From assembly GCA_036789645.1 (NCBI GenBank), contig DAIQLC010000005.1:38549-102548 (forward strand): 64,000 nucleotides of DNA, read 5' to 3'. Source of the DNA: Candidatus Hydrogenedentota bacterium (lineage in GTDB: Bacteria > Hydrogenedentota > Hydrogenedentia > Hydrogenedentales > SLHB01). Positions 1 to 9,354 of the stretch are shown here, piece by piece (the first letter of the stretch is position 1; each line of letters begins with the position of its first letter). The position numbers were made by a program, and so were the translations under genes. The notes under the pieces are model-generated. The model saw only the letters and a list, made by a program, of their open reading frames with translations, ran no database searches and was not told where the DNA came from.

Positions 1-3000
1 CCAGGCACGTGCCCTGGTAGACGAGGTGCGTGCTGGCCAGGCGTTTCGGCAAAGCGGCCCTCAAACCCGTGACGGGCACTCCGCAGAGGGACGCGGGATC
101 CGCCGCATTGAGCCAGTATATCGCGTCCGCCGCGAGTCCCGACTGAAGTGTCCGGAAGGCGTCCGGCGCCGCGAATTGAGGCCCGTGAATGCCATCGAAA
201 AACTGTCCGGCCACCACTTCGCCGGACAATTCCATCAGGCGCAGGGTGCGGAATAGCGCGCCCCACCGGATGTGGGGCGGCTCCTGATCCAGCAATTCGC
301 GGAACAGCACACCGTAGCGGTCAAGCAGCACCCGCACGCGTTCCTTGTTGGCTTCTTCGCGGTCAAGCGGATCGGCGGAGTCGAAGGGCGGGGGCAGTTC
401 ATACCATGCGCCCGCGAATGGCCGCGTCGCTCTCCACCGGTCAAACGCGCGCCGCCGTCCGATGGGGCGATGCGTTGCATGCACCGTGGCGGGACGGAAC
501 CTCGTCTGTAATCCCCTCCTCAGGGCCTCGAAACTGTCATTCGCGACCCGTCCCTCCCACACCCCGCGCCAGAGGGCCTCGCTCAAGGCCGCGGAGTCCA
601 TTGGCGACCCGTGAAGGAGATCTTCGAAGGCGTACCGTCCGCGCGGGTCGGGGAACAACGCCGTTTCAGTTCCGGAACGCGCCTCCGGGGCGGCCCGGAA
701 CAGCTCGGCATGCTCGGAGAAGCCGACGGCCACGCGCCTGGGACCGCATCCGAACCACATCAGGCCGGTCTGCTGGGTCAATGCGTCGAGGGCGGCGGTG
801 TGGTATCCCGGCACCCGTGCGGGGAGCACGTCGCCCTCCAAAAGCTCGGCGGCGAGGGGGCAGCCGAAGAGCCGTTCGAGCGCCGTCTCGAGACGCCCGG
901 GGTCGCGGCCCTCCCCGGCCGCCGGTTCAGAGAGCACGCCCTGCCATTGCGCGAGAAAGAGGGGCAATTCCTCCGCGGGCCGCGCCGTGAACGACGGGCG
1001 CGCCGCAGCCCGGCCCATGCGCAGCAGGGTTTCGAGATTTTCGGCATCGCAGATTTCCATTCCGGACGCGTCCCTGGTGATCCGATCCACCACGAGCGCG
1101 CCGGATTCCGTCAACTCCTCGAGCGCACCGTCGATGCGCCCCGGGGCGACGGGGAGCGCCTCATGGAGGGCGGTATCACGCACGGGACCAAAGAACCGGA
1201 GCCATTCGGCGAGCCACCCGGCCAACGCGGGTTCGTCGGGAGACGTCACGGCCGGTTCGGGATAGACCGGGTGAATCCGCTGTTCCGGCGCGGCCAGATC
1301 GAAACAGCGCACGGCGCCCAGACGCCACCCGAACGCGCGCGCCATGCGGGGAACGCACTCGATCGCGGCCACAACGCGCCGCGTGCGGCCGGGGCCCTCG
1401 ACCCAGACCACGCGCTCCCGCAAGGCCTCGGCAATCTCCGCCGGCTCGATATTCGCGTCGCGTTTCACCGCGGCCAGCAGAACCTTCCATTCGGCTTCGG
1501 CCAGAAGCAGCCGTTCCTTGACCCAATCGAGCAAGTCGGCGGCCGACAGGGGCGCATACCCGGGATGGAGCCGCTGGCTTTTGGCTTCAAACGCCGCCAC
1601 AACGGAGGCGGGAACCGCCGGGCGCAACGCGGCGGTTCGCGCCACCTCGGCCAGCAGCTCGTCGCTTAACCGCGAACGCGGCCCAGCCATCGGCGTGTCG
1701 TCGACGTACATGAACAGGTTGGTCTGCCGCCAGAGCATGGACTCGGCGAACGGCGAGGGCTGGCGGGTGAGCACCCCGGATACGGCCGTGGCGCCGCTGT
1801 GCAACTCGTCGAGCATCCGTCTGAGATTGGCCAGATCGAAATCGTCGCAGAGGCAGGTCCGCCAGGTTTCGGCCAGGATGGGAAAATCGGGGTATTTCAT
1901 GACCGCGTGGAGCAGTTTCTGGGCGCGCCTCCGGTTCAGCCACAGCGGCATGCGCTGTCCGAATCCGCGGCGCGGCAGTTGCAGGGCAATCCCCGCGTTT
2001 TCACGAAAGCGCGCGCCGAAATAGCCGGACTGTTCGAGGCGTTTTCGGAGCAGAGCCTCGATGCGCTCCGGTTTCACGAGGCCGAGCAGCGCCTGCGCAT
2101 CGATTTCCTCGGGCAGCATCAGCGCCACACAATCGTTGTTGGCGAAGACCTCGACCCGGTAGCCGTGCGTCTCTTCCCATGCCTGGGCAAGGGCGAGCGC
2201 GAAGGGTTGGTTCAAGGCGCCGCCCCAGAGCGTGTGCAGCACCGCCTGGACGCCGTCCGAACCCGGCTCGGCCGCGGTGTATTCCACCAGCAGATGGCGC
2301 CGGTGCGGCAGCGGAGCGCCGGTCGCGGCGCGCTGGCGTTTGAGAAACCGCGCAAGCTTCTCGGCAGCTTCCGGCGCCAGGGCATACTCGCGCTCCAGCA
2401 TCTCCTCGAATCCGCCGCGTTCGATCTCCTTCTCCGCCCGTTCGAGAAACGCCGCGATGCGCTGTGAGAAATGGAAGGGCCTGGCCAGATCCTCCGCCCG
2501 CCAGAACGGCGCCTCCGACCGCGTCGCGTCGCCCGGGACCACCAGCACGTCGTTGTGGGTGATTTCCTGGATCGTCCACGCATGCGCGCCCAGGGTGAAC
2601 GTCTGCCCGACCCGGCGCTCCCACACGAATTCTTCGTCCAGCTCGCCGATTTTCGCCCGCGAATCCGCGCGCCGCAGCCCGTAATAACCGCGGTCCGGAA
2701 TGGTGCCGCCGGAGAGGTAGAGGAGGCGCAGGCTGGCGCTCGTGCCGCGGAGGGTGTCGCTTATCCGGTCGAGCGAGAGCACCGGCGACAGCGCCCGCAG
2801 CCGGGATTCCGCGTACCGGCCCGCCAGCATGTCAACCACCAGATTGAATTGCCGGCGCGACAGCTCGCGGTACGGCCAGCATGTGCGGATGAACCGGAAC
2901 AGCGCGTCCAGGTTCCATGATTCGACGCCCGCCATCGCCACGATCACCTGCGCGAGCACATCCAGCGCGCCGGTCACCGGCCGGCACGGTTCAATGTCCT

Positions 3001-4207
3001 GTTCGGCCACGGCCCTGGCCATGACGGCCGCTTCAAGCACGTCGCGCTCGTGTGTAGGGAACAACACGCCCCGGCTGACCGCGCCGACCTGGTGCCCTGC
3101 CCGGCCGATGCGCTGCAGGGCGGACGCCACGGAAAACGGCGTCTGGAGCAGCACGACCCGGTCGAGCGCTCCGATGTCGATGCCGAGTTCGAGGGAATTC
3201 GTCGCCACGATCGCTTTCAGCTCGCCGTTCTTGAGTCGCTGTTCGACCACCGCGCGCAGTTCACGCGACAGCGAGCCGTGATGCGAGTAGGCGACCAGTT
3301 CGCCCGCCGCGTCGTTGATGAGCAGGGTCGCGCGCTCACACATGCGGCGGCTGTTCGTGAACACCAGCGTCGAGCGATGCTCCCGGATAACCTGTTCGAC
3401 GGCGCCCATCAGGCCGGGCATGCGCGTGCCGTCCGGAAGCGGCACGCCATCGTCCGCGGGAAACCGGACCTCGACCTCGAGCCGTTTTTCGGCGCGCGAC
3501 GCCAGCACGGCGACCGGCCGCGGCTCGTAGACCGTGTCCACCCCTTCTCCGGTGGCGCGGTATCCCCCCACAAACGCCGCGATGGTCTCCAGCGGGCGCA
3601 CCGTTGCGGACAGGGCAATCCGCTGGAATTCGCCGGCCATCGGCACGATGCGCTCGACGGATGTGATGAGATGCGTGCCGCGCTTGGCGCCCGCGACCGC
3701 ATGAATCTCGTCCAGAATGACGGTTTGGAGCCCGGCGAACAGCATCCGCGCGCGGGGTGAACTGAGCATGATGCTGAGGCTCTCGGGCGTGGTAATCAGG
3801 ATATCGGGCGGGCGCCGCACCATGCGCTGCCGTTCGTGCGGCGGGGTGTCGCCGCTGCGCGTCAGGACGGCCAGCTCGGGCGCGTTTCGGCCGGCGTCGC
3901 GAAACCGCCGCGTCAACTCCGCCAGGGGCGCCAGCAGATTGCGCTGGATGTCGTTGTTCAGCGCGCGCAACGGAGACACATAGAGCACCCGCGGCGCGCC
4001 GGGCGGCCAGGCCCCCGTCAGCAACTGGTTCAGTGCCCAGAGAAAGGCCGTGAACGTCTTCCCGCTTCCCGTGGGCGCGGTTACCAGGACATGCCGGCCT
4101 GCCGCAATCTCCGGCCAGGCGCGCGACTGTGCGTCGGTCGGCCGGCCCACCGATGCCAGAAACCAGTCGCGGATGACCGGGTCAAAAATGGTGAGTGAAT
4201 CCCGCAT
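1..4207 (-). CDS. lhr: Lhr-family ATP-dependent DEAH helicase, long form (>1400 aa; 3' end runs off the window)
   Basis: Absent from the ORF track because it has no stop inside the window. Translated by hand from ATG 4207: MRDSLTIFDPVIRDWF...APTGSGKT (motif I), LYVSPLRALNNDI, ILDEIH (motif II), ATNSLELGIDIG, QRIGRAGH (motif VI), and DPASL near the left edge. Frame was the same at 4207, 3178, 1711 and 4. Confidence 0.92.
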   Translation of the reverse strand, partial: MRDSLTIFDPVIRDWFLASVGRPTDAQSRAWPEIAAGRHVLVTAPTGSGKTFTAFLWALNQLLTGAWPPGAPRVLYVSPLRALNNDIQRNLLAPLAELTRRFRDAGRNAPELAVLTRSGDTPPHERQRMVRRPPDILITTPESLSIMLSSPRARMLFAGLQTVILDEIHAVAGAKRGTHLITSVERIVPMAGEFQRIALSATVRPLETIAAFVGGYRATGEGVDTVYEPRPVAVLASRAEKRLEVEVRFPADDGVPLPDGTRMPGLMGAVEQVIREHRSTLVFTNSRRMCERATLLINDAAGELVAYSHHGSLSRELRAVVEQRLKNGELKAIVATNSLELGIDIGALDRVVLLQTPFSVASALQRIGRAGHQVGAVSRGVLFPTHERDVLEAAVMARAVAEQDIEPCRPVTGALDVLAQVIVAMAGVESWNLDALFRFIRTCWPYRELSRRQFNLVVDMLAGRYAESRLRALSPVLSLDRISDTLRGTSASLRLLYLSGGTIPDRGYYGLRRADSRAKIGELDEEFVWERRVGQTFTLGAHAWTIQEITHNDVLVVPGDATRSEAPFWRAEDLARPFHFSQRIAAFLERAEKEIERGGFEEMLEREYALAPEAAEKLARFLKRQRAATGAPLPHRRHLLVEYTAAEPGSDGVQAVLHTLWGGALNQPFALALAQAWEETHGYRVEVFANNDCVALMLPEEIDAQALLGLVKPERIEALLRKRLEQSGYFGARFRENAGIALQLPRRGFGQRMPLWLNRRRAQKLLHAVMKYPDFPILAETWRTCLCDDFDLANLRRMLDELHSGATAVSGVLTRQPSPFAESMLWRQTNLFMYVDDTPMAGPRSRLSDELLAEVARTAALRPAVPASVVAAFEAKSQRLHPGYAPLSAADLLDWVKERLLLAEAEWKVLLAAVKRDANIEPAEIAEALRERVVWVEGPGRTRRVVAAIECVPRMARAFGWRLGAVRCFDLAAPEQRIHPVYPEPAVTSPDEPALAGWLAEWLRFFGPVRDTALHEALPVAPGRIDGALEELTESGALVVDRITRDASGMEICDAENLETLLRMGRAAARPSFTARPAEELPLFLAQWQGVLSEPAAGEGRDPGRLETALERLFGCPLAAELLEGDVLPARVPGYHTAALDALTQQTGLMWFGCGPRRVAVGFSEHAELFRAAPEARSGTETALFPDPRGRYAFEDLLHGSPMDSAALSEALWRGVWEGRVANDSFEALRRGLQTRFRPATVHATHRPIGRRRAFDRWRATRPFAGAWYELPPPFDSADPLDREEANKERVRVLLDRYGVLFRELLDQEPPHIRWGALFRTLRLMELSGEVVAGQFFDGIHGPQFAAPDAFRTLQSGLAADAIYWLNAADPASLCGVPVTGLRAALPKRLASTHLVYQGTCL

Positions 4208-4269
4208 CGCGCCAACGCACCTCTGCATACTGGGCGCCCGCTCGCGTCACGGCCCGGCGTGAGCGTCCC

Positions 4270-5832
4270 CTATCCCGTCTTCCCCGCCTTTTGTGCGTCT
4301 TCCCAGGTGCCGGGATAGTTCGGACCGTAGAGCAGGGATTCCTCGCGCACAACAAGTTTTCCGTCTTTCACAAAATGCTCGCCGCGCACCGACAGGTGCT
4401 CAATCATGCGGTCGCGCCACCGGGCCGTCTCGGCCGGGTTTGCTCTCGAAAGATCCGTCAATTCATCGGGATCGGTATCGAGATCGAACAACTGTTCCTC
4501 GCCCAGATGCGCATGATAGATGTACTTCCACCGGCCGTCGGTGAGGGCGTTCCAGTGGTTCTCGGGACCATAGCAGCGGCCGTGTTCGAGGTCGAGCCAG
4601 GGCCGCCACCCGTCGGTTTCGCCGCGCGCAAGTTTGAGCAGGCTGTCGCCGTCAATATCGTCCGGCACGCCCGCGCCGGCGGCATCCAGGAACGTGGCCA
4701 TGACGTCGCGCAGTTCCACGGGCTGCCTCAGGCGCTGTCCCCGTTTGGCGTTCACGAGCCCCTCCGGCCAGCGGATGATCATCGGGATGCGCGCCGACGC
4801 TTCGTACGCGTAGGTCTTGCGCCAGAGGTGGTGATCGCCGGTCATGTCGCCGTGATCCGCGGTGAACAGGATCAGCGTGTTCTCGAGCCAGCCGCGGTCC
4901 TCGAGCGCTGTAAGCATGCGCCCGATCTGTTCGTCAATAAACGTGACGTTGCCGTAATAGCCGATGCGCGACGTGCGGACCTGTTCGGGACCGAGGTCGC
5001 CGTGCCAGAGGTTCGGCTCGTCGCCGCTTCGCGGCGCGTATTTCGCGGCCCACTCGCCCACCACCGCCTTGGGAATGTCGCGATCTTCATACAGCTTCCA
5101 GAAACGCTCGGGGGGATCGTAGGGGCTGTGCGGCCGCGCGAACGAAATTTTGAGAAAAAAGGGTTCCTCGCGGTCGTAATTCGCCAGGAAGTTCACCGCG
5201 GTGTCGCCGGTCCACGCGACCGTGTGAAGCCGCTCCGGCAACCCGTAGGGTCGCGCGTCGTAATCGTTGAACCCCAGGCCCGTGGCGTGCCAATCCAGTG
5301 TGGGCGCCTGCGAGTAGAACCACGACTGGTAATCGCTCCGAAAATCGATGGATTCGACCCGGCTCGACTCGTCCAGGATGGTCTGGTGAAAGCCGTGCAG
5401 GCTGCGCTGCGGCGACCAGTGCATCTTGCCGATGCCCAGGGTGTAGTACCCGGCATTGCGCATTTCCTGGGGCAGTTCGCGGGGATACTTCCACCCCACC
5501 TTGCCATAGGCCAGCATGCCGTGGTTCCACGGCGACAGGCCCGACAGCAATCCCGCCCGCGCGGGGGTGCAGCTCGGCATCGACGTGTACGCCTTCGAGA
5601 ACAGCACCCCCTCGCGCGCGATGCGGTCCAGGTGGGGGGTGATGATCGCGGTGTTGCCATCGGCCCCCACGCAATCGCCGCGATACTGGTCGGCCATAAT
5701 GAACAGGATGTTGGGCTTGCCGGAAAGCGGTTGCGCGCTTCTGGCCCGCGGCGCGGCCGACAGAGCCGCGGCGCCTGCCGCGGCAAGTTTGAACGCGTCA
5801 CGCCGGCTGATGCGTCGTCCGGTGTACGTCAT
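4270..5832 (-). CDS. Tat-exported arylsulfatase (formylglycine-dependent)
   Basis: 520 aa. Twin-arginine signal (SRRDAFK), PNILFIMADQ, CTPAR (CxPxR motif), DHG and K-x-Y sulfatase motifs. Confidence 0.93.
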   Translation of the reverse strand: MTYTGRRISRRDAFKLAAAGAAALSAAPRARSAQPLSGKPNILFIMADQYRGDCVGADGNTAIITPHLDRIAREGVLFSKAYTSMPSCTPARAGLLSGLSPWNHGMLAYGKVGWKYPRELPQEMRNAGYYTLGIGKMHWSPQRSLHGFHQTILDESSRVESIDFRSDYQSWFYSQAPTLDWHATGLGFNDYDARPYGLPERLHTVAWTGDTAVNFLANYDREEPFFLKISFARPHSPYDPPERFWKLYEDRDIPKAVVGEWAAKYAPRSGDEPNLWHGDLGPEQVRTSRIGYYGNVTFIDEQIGRMLTALEDRGWLENTLILFTADHGDMTGDHHLWRKTYAYEASARIPMIIRWPEGLVNAKRGQRLRQPVELRDVMATFLDAAGAGVPDDIDGDSLLKLARGETDGWRPWLDLEHGRCYGPENHWNALTDGRWKYIYHAHLGEEQLFDLDTDPDELTDLSRANPAETARWRDRMIEHLSVRGEHFVKDGKLVVREESLLYGPNYPGTWEDAQKAGKTG

Positions 5833-5873
5833 GAATCTTCCCCTCTCGGCTGCGTTCGTCCGCGCGTCCTGTT

Positions 5874-6773
5874 CTATGACTTGCGCGTGGCCACGTTGAG
5901 AAGCTGCCGGGCATTGTCGTGGAAGAAGTCGAGAATGTGGTCGCGATTGGTGCCCAGCCGTTCCATCGCGGTGCGAATGGCCCAGATCTGCTCGTAAAGC
6001 CGCAGGGTGAACGGCGGGGTGTCTCCGTCGGAATCCCTGGTGTGCTCCGGCGTGGCCTCAACCACGTAGTCGTTGATGATCACGCTCTTCCCAAGCTCGA
6101 GCGCGCGGCCTCCACCCGTGGCGAAGAGAATCCGGTGGGGCTCGATGGCCGCGAACAGGCTTTCGAGGATCTGCCATTCGGTAACGCACGCCGTGGTGAA
6201 GAAGAGATTCAGCACATCCTTGAACTGGAACAGCCCCTGGGAGGCGTCGGTCAGCGTCTGGTATTTTCCCGCGGACTCGACCACGAATTTCGCGTGGGGA
6301 TACTGCATGCACAGCTCGGCAACCTGCCAGGCGGCATTCTCGTCGCTCAGGCTGATGTCCAGCACCACCAGCCGGCCCAGCCGGTCCACGAGCTGCATCG
6401 CCCAGTCCGGCAAGGCCGCCGTCAGGTCCTCGGAGGAATCCAGCACAATGCCGGCGAACCGTTTCGGCGCCAGGGCCGCCTCCAGCGCGTCCGGCGTGAT
6501 CCGGTCCGGCGCGAATCCCATTAGACCGGGCACCCCGGCCTGGCTGCTGAGCCGTTCGACGTATTCGTTCGTGGCGGGCTCCGCCTCCGCGGCGGCATAC
6601 TGTGCGTGGATGGGTCTGTTGAACAACGCCTGGGACAGGGCCGGCCGCAGCGACTCGGCGGTTTTCGCTTCAGGGGCAGGCGCGACCCTCCGCGCGAAAT
6701 CGAACACATCCGGCGGGACAAACCGGCCGAACAATCTGGCGTACCAGTCCCGGTCGTCAATCTCGATGCCCAT
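5874..6773 (-). CDS. Amidohydrolase_2-like TIM-barrel protein, probably catalytically degenerate
   Basis: 299 aa. Layout matches amidohydrolase_2 proteins (YPHAKFVV, HRILFA, FFHDNARQLL), but the expected His/Asp metal ligands are substituted. Confidence 0.7.
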   Translation of the reverse strand: MGIEIDDRDWYARLFGRFVPPDVFDFARRVAPAPEAKTAESLRPALSQALFNRPIHAQYAAAEAEPATNEYVERLSSQAGVPGLMGFAPDRITPDALEAALAPKRFAGIVLDSSEDLTAALPDWAMQLVDRLGRLVVLDISLSDENAAWQVAELCMQYPHAKFVVESAGKYQTLTDASQGLFQFKDVLNLFFTTACVTEWQILESLFAAIEPHRILFATGGGRALELGKSVIINDYVVEATPEHTRDSDGDTPPFTLRLYEQIWAIRTAMERLGTNRDHILDFFHDNARQLLNVATRKS

Positions 6774-6822
6774 CGTTCACCCCGTGTCTCGTTGACCCGT
6801 CTCCAGAAAACATGCCATAGTC

Positions 6823-6872
6823 TTACCGGCAGAAGCGGTCTTCAGTATACTCGCGAAACGCGGCGGGGTCAC
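6823..6872. promoter_or_regulatory. Overlapping divergent sigma70-type promoters sharing the palindrome AGTATACT
   Basis: Plus strand: TTACCG (6823-6828), 17 bp, TATACT (6846-6851). Minus strand: GTGACC (6872-6867), 17 bp, TATACT (6849-6844). Lies between divergent genes. Confidence 0.55.
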
Positions 6873-6928
6873 ACTCAGGGGCGTTTGGCGGCCCGCCGGT
6901 TTCTCTTCACCCAGGGGAGGATATCACG

Positions 6929-9316
6929 ATGAACCGAATTGCCGGTATGGCAGCCATCTTCTGCGCAGGGTTCGCGTGCCTCACGCACGGCGACCCGGCG
7001 GAGATGCGGGTCGGCACGTTCGACCAGGAAATGCGCACGTTTTATTCCGATCGAGACGGTCTGCCGAGCATGGATGTGAAGGACCTCGTCATTACCGGCG
7101 ACGGCGCCGTGTGGGCCGGCACGGCAAACGGACTCGCCCTGTTCAAAGACGGCGCTTGGAGCGCCGTTGAGCGCTTTTCGGGCGCGCCGGTGCCGGTCCT
7201 GGCAAGCGACGGAACCGCCCTGGCGCTGCTGTTTCGAGGCGCGCTGTATCTGTTCGCGGCGGAAGCGCCTGTAGCCCCTCTTCCGCCGGCGGTCAACGCG
7301 GAAGATGCGGTGCACTGCCTCGCGTTCGCGAACGGGCTGTATCTGGGTACACAAAACGGTCTGTACGTGCTGAAGATCAATCGGTTCGAGCCGGTTGAAG
7401 CGCTGAACGGCCTGCTCGGGAACGGCGCCGCCGTGCGGGATGTGGCCCTGGCGCCCAACGGAGACATCGCCGCCGCAACCGAAAGCGGCCTGTTCTACAG
7501 CGCCGGCGGCGGGGCATGGCGCCCCCTCTTTCCTGAAGACGGCAACAAGCGCTGGGCGCCGAAAGACGTGCGCGGCGTCGTGTTCGATTCCCGGGGAAGC
7601 CTCTGGTTCGCCAGCCCGCAGGGCGCGGGATGCCTCAGCGACGGATGGACGCTCTATACCGGCCGGGAAGGCCTGCCGTACAACGATTTCACGTCGATGG
7701 CGGCCGGCCCCGACGAAATGGTCTGTTTCGGCACGCACCTCGGCGCGCTCCGCTACGACGGCCAGCGCTGGGCGTACCGCCAGGGCCTTCGCTGGGTCCC
7801 CGGCGATGACATCCGCGCGGTGGCCGTTGACGCCCAACGCCAGACCTGGCTCGCCACGCCGGCGGGCGTGGGCTGCCTGTGGTACAAGCCCATGACCCTC
7901 GCCGAAAAAGCACGGTTCTATGAGGGCGAGATCGACGCGTACCACCGCCGCACCGATTTCGGATACGTGCTTCAGGTACGTACGGCGGAACCGGGCAAGA
8001 AGATCGGCGTCCAGCAGCGCGACAGCGACAACGACGGCCTGTGGACCAGCATGTACGGCGCCGGCGAGTGTTTCGCGTATGCCGCCACGGGCGACCCGAA
8101 AGCCAAAGGGCGCGCAAAGAAGGCCTTTGAAGCGCTGCGGTTTCTGAGTGTGGTCACACGGGGCGGTTCGCCGTCCAGCCCGCCGGGATTCGTGGCCCGT
8201 ACGGTCCTGCCCGCCGCCGACGGCCCCAACCCGAACGGGGCGGAATACACGGCGGAAAAAGACCGCGAACGGCAACGGCACGACAGGAAATGGAAAGTGA
8301 TTCACCCGCGCTGGCCCACCAGCGCCGACGGCCAATGGTATTACAAGGTCGATACCAGTTCCGACGAACTGGACGGCCACTATTTCTTCTACGGCCTGTA
8401 TTACGACCTCGTGGCCGACACCGAAGAAGAAAAACTGCGCGTGCGCGACGTGGTCACGGGCCTGACGGACCACCTGCTTGCTCATGACTTCAATCTGGTC
8501 GACTGGGATGGCGCGCCGACCCGATGGGCCGTGTTCGGTCCGGACCACATCAACCGGGATGTCACGTGGTGGGAGGAACGCGGCCTGAATTCGCTCAGCA
8601 TCCTCGCCTACCTCGTGACGGCCGAGCACATCAGCGGCGAACCCCGGTACCGCGAGGCAATCGAGCGCCTCGTGAGCGAGCACGGGTACGCCGCAAACAC
8701 CACCAATCCCAAAATGAGTCAGGGTTGGGGTGACGGCAACCAGTCCGACGACGAAATGGCCTTCATGAGCTACTACAATCTCCTGAAATACGAGAAGGAC
8801 CCCCGCCTGCGCAGCTTCTACCTCATCGGGTTTGCGCGTTACTGGCCCCTGGAAGAGCCGGAGATGAACCCCTTCTTCAATTTTGTCTACGCCTCGCAGG
8901 CAACAGGAGAGACATTCGCCGACGCGTTCCGCACCCTTGACCTCACGCCGCGCGGCGACTGGCTGGCCGACTCCGTCGAGACCCTGATGCGCTTTCCGCT
9001 CGACCGCTTCGACTGGCGGCACAGCAACAGCCATCGAATCGACCTGCTGCCGCTGCCGCCGAACGTGCGCGGAGGCGACACCGAGGGAACGGGCTATCGC
9101 GTGAACAACAAGGTCATCCCGGTGGACGAACGGCACTTCGCGCATTGGAACTACGACCCCTGGGCCCTCGACAGCGGCGGCAACGGAAACGAGCTGGCGG
9201 ACGGCGCGGTGTTTCTCCTGCCGTATTACATGGGGCTCTACCATGGCTTCATCGTAGAGAGCGAACACGACCATCAGAACACGGGCAATGGGGCCGGCCC
9301 CGCGGGCCGGGAATGA
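6929..9316 (+). CDS. Secreted protein with N-terminal beta-propeller repeats and a probable C-terminal helical-barrel domain; function unknown
   Basis: 795 aa with signal peptide and RBS GGAGG. Regulator-propeller-like repeats (DGLPSMDVKDL, GAVWAGTANGL, GSLWFASPQG, EGLPYNDFTSM). C-terminal half has acidic/aromatic motifs (DNDGLWTSMY, DTSSDE, QSDDEMAF). Confidence 0.8.
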   Translation: MNRIAGMAAIFCAGFACLTHGDPAEMRVGTFDQEMRTFYSDRDGLPSMDVKDLVITGDGAVWAGTANGLALFKDGAWSAVERFSGAPVPVLASDGTALALLFRGALYLFAAEAPVAPLPPAVNAEDAVHCLAFANGLYLGTQNGLYVLKINRFEPVEALNGLLGNGAAVRDVALAPNGDIAAATESGLFYSAGGGAWRPLFPEDGNKRWAPKDVRGVVFDSRGSLWFASPQGAGCLSDGWTLYTGREGLPYNDFTSMAAGPDEMVCFGTHLGALRYDGQRWAYRQGLRWVPGDDIRAVAVDAQRQTWLATPAGVGCLWYKPMTLAEKARFYEGEIDAYHRRTDFGYVLQVRTAEPGKKIGVQQRDSDNDGLWTSMYGAGECFAYAATGDPKAKGRAKKAFEALRFLSVVTRGGSPSSPPGFVARTVLPAADGPNPNGAEYTAEKDRERQRHDRKWKVIHPRWPTSADGQWYYKVDTSSDELDGHYFFYGLYYDLVADTEEEKLRVRDVVTGLTDHLLAHDFNLVDWDGAPTRWAVFGPDHINRDVTWWEERGLNSLSILAYLVTAEHISGEPRYREAIERLVSEHGYAANTTNPKMSQGWGDGNQSDDEMAFMSYYNLLKYEKDPRLRSFYLIGFARYWPLEEPEMNPFFNFVYASQATGETFADAFRTLDLTPRGDWLADSVETLMRFPLDRFDWRHSNSHRIDLLPLPPNVRGGDTEGTGYRVNNKVIPVDERHFAHWNYDPWALDSGGNGNELADGAVFLLPYYMGLYHGFIVESEHDHQNTGNGAGPAGRE

Positions 9317-9354
9317 GGCGAACCGTGAGCACGGTTCGTTGGAAGGAGTGCGCC

